Shown piece after piece: positions 62,716 to 64,000 of a stretch of 64,000 nucleotides of DNA. Source of the stretch: Octopus sinensis. Its lineage: Eukaryota. Made by a program: the position numbers and the translations under genes. The notes under the pieces were generated by a model. It worked only from the letters and a program-made list of their open reading frames with translations, did not search any database and had not been told where the DNA came from. The stretch's first letter is position 1. Each line of letters starts with the position of its first letter. Location of the stretch: assembly GCF_006345805.1 (NCBI RefSeq), contig NC_043000.1, forward strand, positions 123,752,001-123,816,000. Reading direction: 5' to 3'.

Positions 62716-63604
62716 CTGCAATGCATAATCATAATATTGTTGATGGTATTTTAGTAATTAATTATTTACCAGGCAGAAGTTACTATTTGCAGCATCTCAA
62801 ATCCCTGAATTCATTATACATGACCAACAAAAGAAATAACAAGTATTTTATAATTGTATTTAACATTTATCTTCATTTCTGTTTTACATAAGTTTTTTAC
62901 TATTTACAACACAGGAATTCTTTTTTACATATTTATACACACACACACACACACGTGTGTGTATGTGTGTGTGTGTGTGTGTGTGTGTCTTCTTGCCTTA
63001 GTGTCATGTGATTGCTACAAACGAATGTCATTCATTTACAATATTCTGCAAAAGTCATGTCTGGCCATAAGGAAATATTAAATTGCATGGAAACAGGTGA
63101 GGGTTGGGGACAGGAAGGGCATCTGGCTATAAAAACTGCAGATGTTCAGGCTGGAAACCAGATGCATTAATTCACCAGTTTGGGAAGACTTCGAAAAGTG
63201 ATGGCAGAGGTCAACTTTGCTTTTTGTTTTCCTGACAACAATAAAACAAGTACCACGCAAGTACTGGTGTCAATACCATTGACTGTTCCCTCCCAACAAA
63301 ATTATTTCTGGCTTTTAGTCAATATAAGAAACTATGGTTAATTATATACCAATATAATTAGCAGTGTATCTCCATCTATCTCTCTGTTTGTCCATCCACT
63401 TGTACTGCAAATCAGCTGATATGGCACTTTCACTCTGTTTGAATTTCATACAAATACTGATAAGTTGTTTAATTAGCAGAGCTATAATGCTTTAGCAAAA
63501 CCTATATTTTATGAAAACACTAACGGGTTATTTAGTTAACTAAATACTGAAGCCAAAATGTATGTACATTTAGCTGTCTGTTTATAAATTATAAACTATA
63601 TATA

Positions 63605-64000
63605 TCATCATCATCATCATCATTTAACATCCATTGGATGGTTTGATCAGGGCTGGCAAGCTGGAATGCTGCACCAGACTGCAGTCTGATTTCACATGGT
63701 TTCTACAGTTGGATGCCCTTCCTAATGCCAACCACTCCGAAAGTGTAATGGGTGCTTTTATGTGCCACTGGCACAGGTGCCATTTACATGACACCAGTAT
63801 CTGCCACGACTGCAATTTTACTTGCATGACATAATACCAAAGGTCTCGGCCACTAGTCATTGCCTCTGTGAGGCCCAAAGTTTGAAGATCATGATTCAGC
63901 ACCTCGTCCCATGTCTTCCCAGGTCTACTTCCACAGTTAGAGATTCGCACTTCTTTACACAACTGTCCTCGTCCAAACACATCACATGACCATGCCAGCG
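63605..64000 (-). mobile_element. RTE LINE 3' end: ORF C-terminus joined to the family-C UTR and (GAT)n tail
   Basis: RWHGHV.. and GSRPGKTWDEVLNHDLQTLGLTEAMTSGRDLW.. run directly into gtggcacataaaagcacc...ttaggaagggcatcc...gttaaatgatgatg. Confidence 0.82.

Overview
AT-rich, microsatellite-dense animal DNA. The SINE/LINE families resemble those I associate with cephalopods (Octopus); this is recognition from memory, not a database result. Two convergent intron-containing genes are present. (1) + strand: the last two coding exons of an SLC30A/ZnT2-type zinc transporter (1817-1951, 3992-4137). (2) - strand: seven phase-1 exons (62715 down to 32189), each encoding one LDL-receptor class A (LDLa) module. 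The seventh ends in a stop codon, so the protein ends in an LDLa array with no downstream EGF/YWTD, protease or transmembrane segment; its 5' part lies beyond the window. The rest is repeats: at least three tRNA-derived SINE families (several with clear target-site duplications), RTE LINE 3' ends with modular hairpin arrays, and a 5'-truncated but well-preserved R4/Dong-type LINE in an (AAT)n tract. There are also mariner, Tc1, pogo and Gypsy relics, piggyBac-like TTAA MITEs, and an intron-containing tRNA-Lys(UUU) pseudogene. Four minimal type-I hammerhead ribozyme motifs were found: two have a canonical core and very long stem II, and one sits behind a tRNA-like Pol III head. Several fold-back palindromes also occur. 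Most ORFs in the supplied track are microsatellite artefacts; four of the seven LDLa exons are not shown in frame there and were read by hand. Repeat boundaries are approximate unless a TSD is given.
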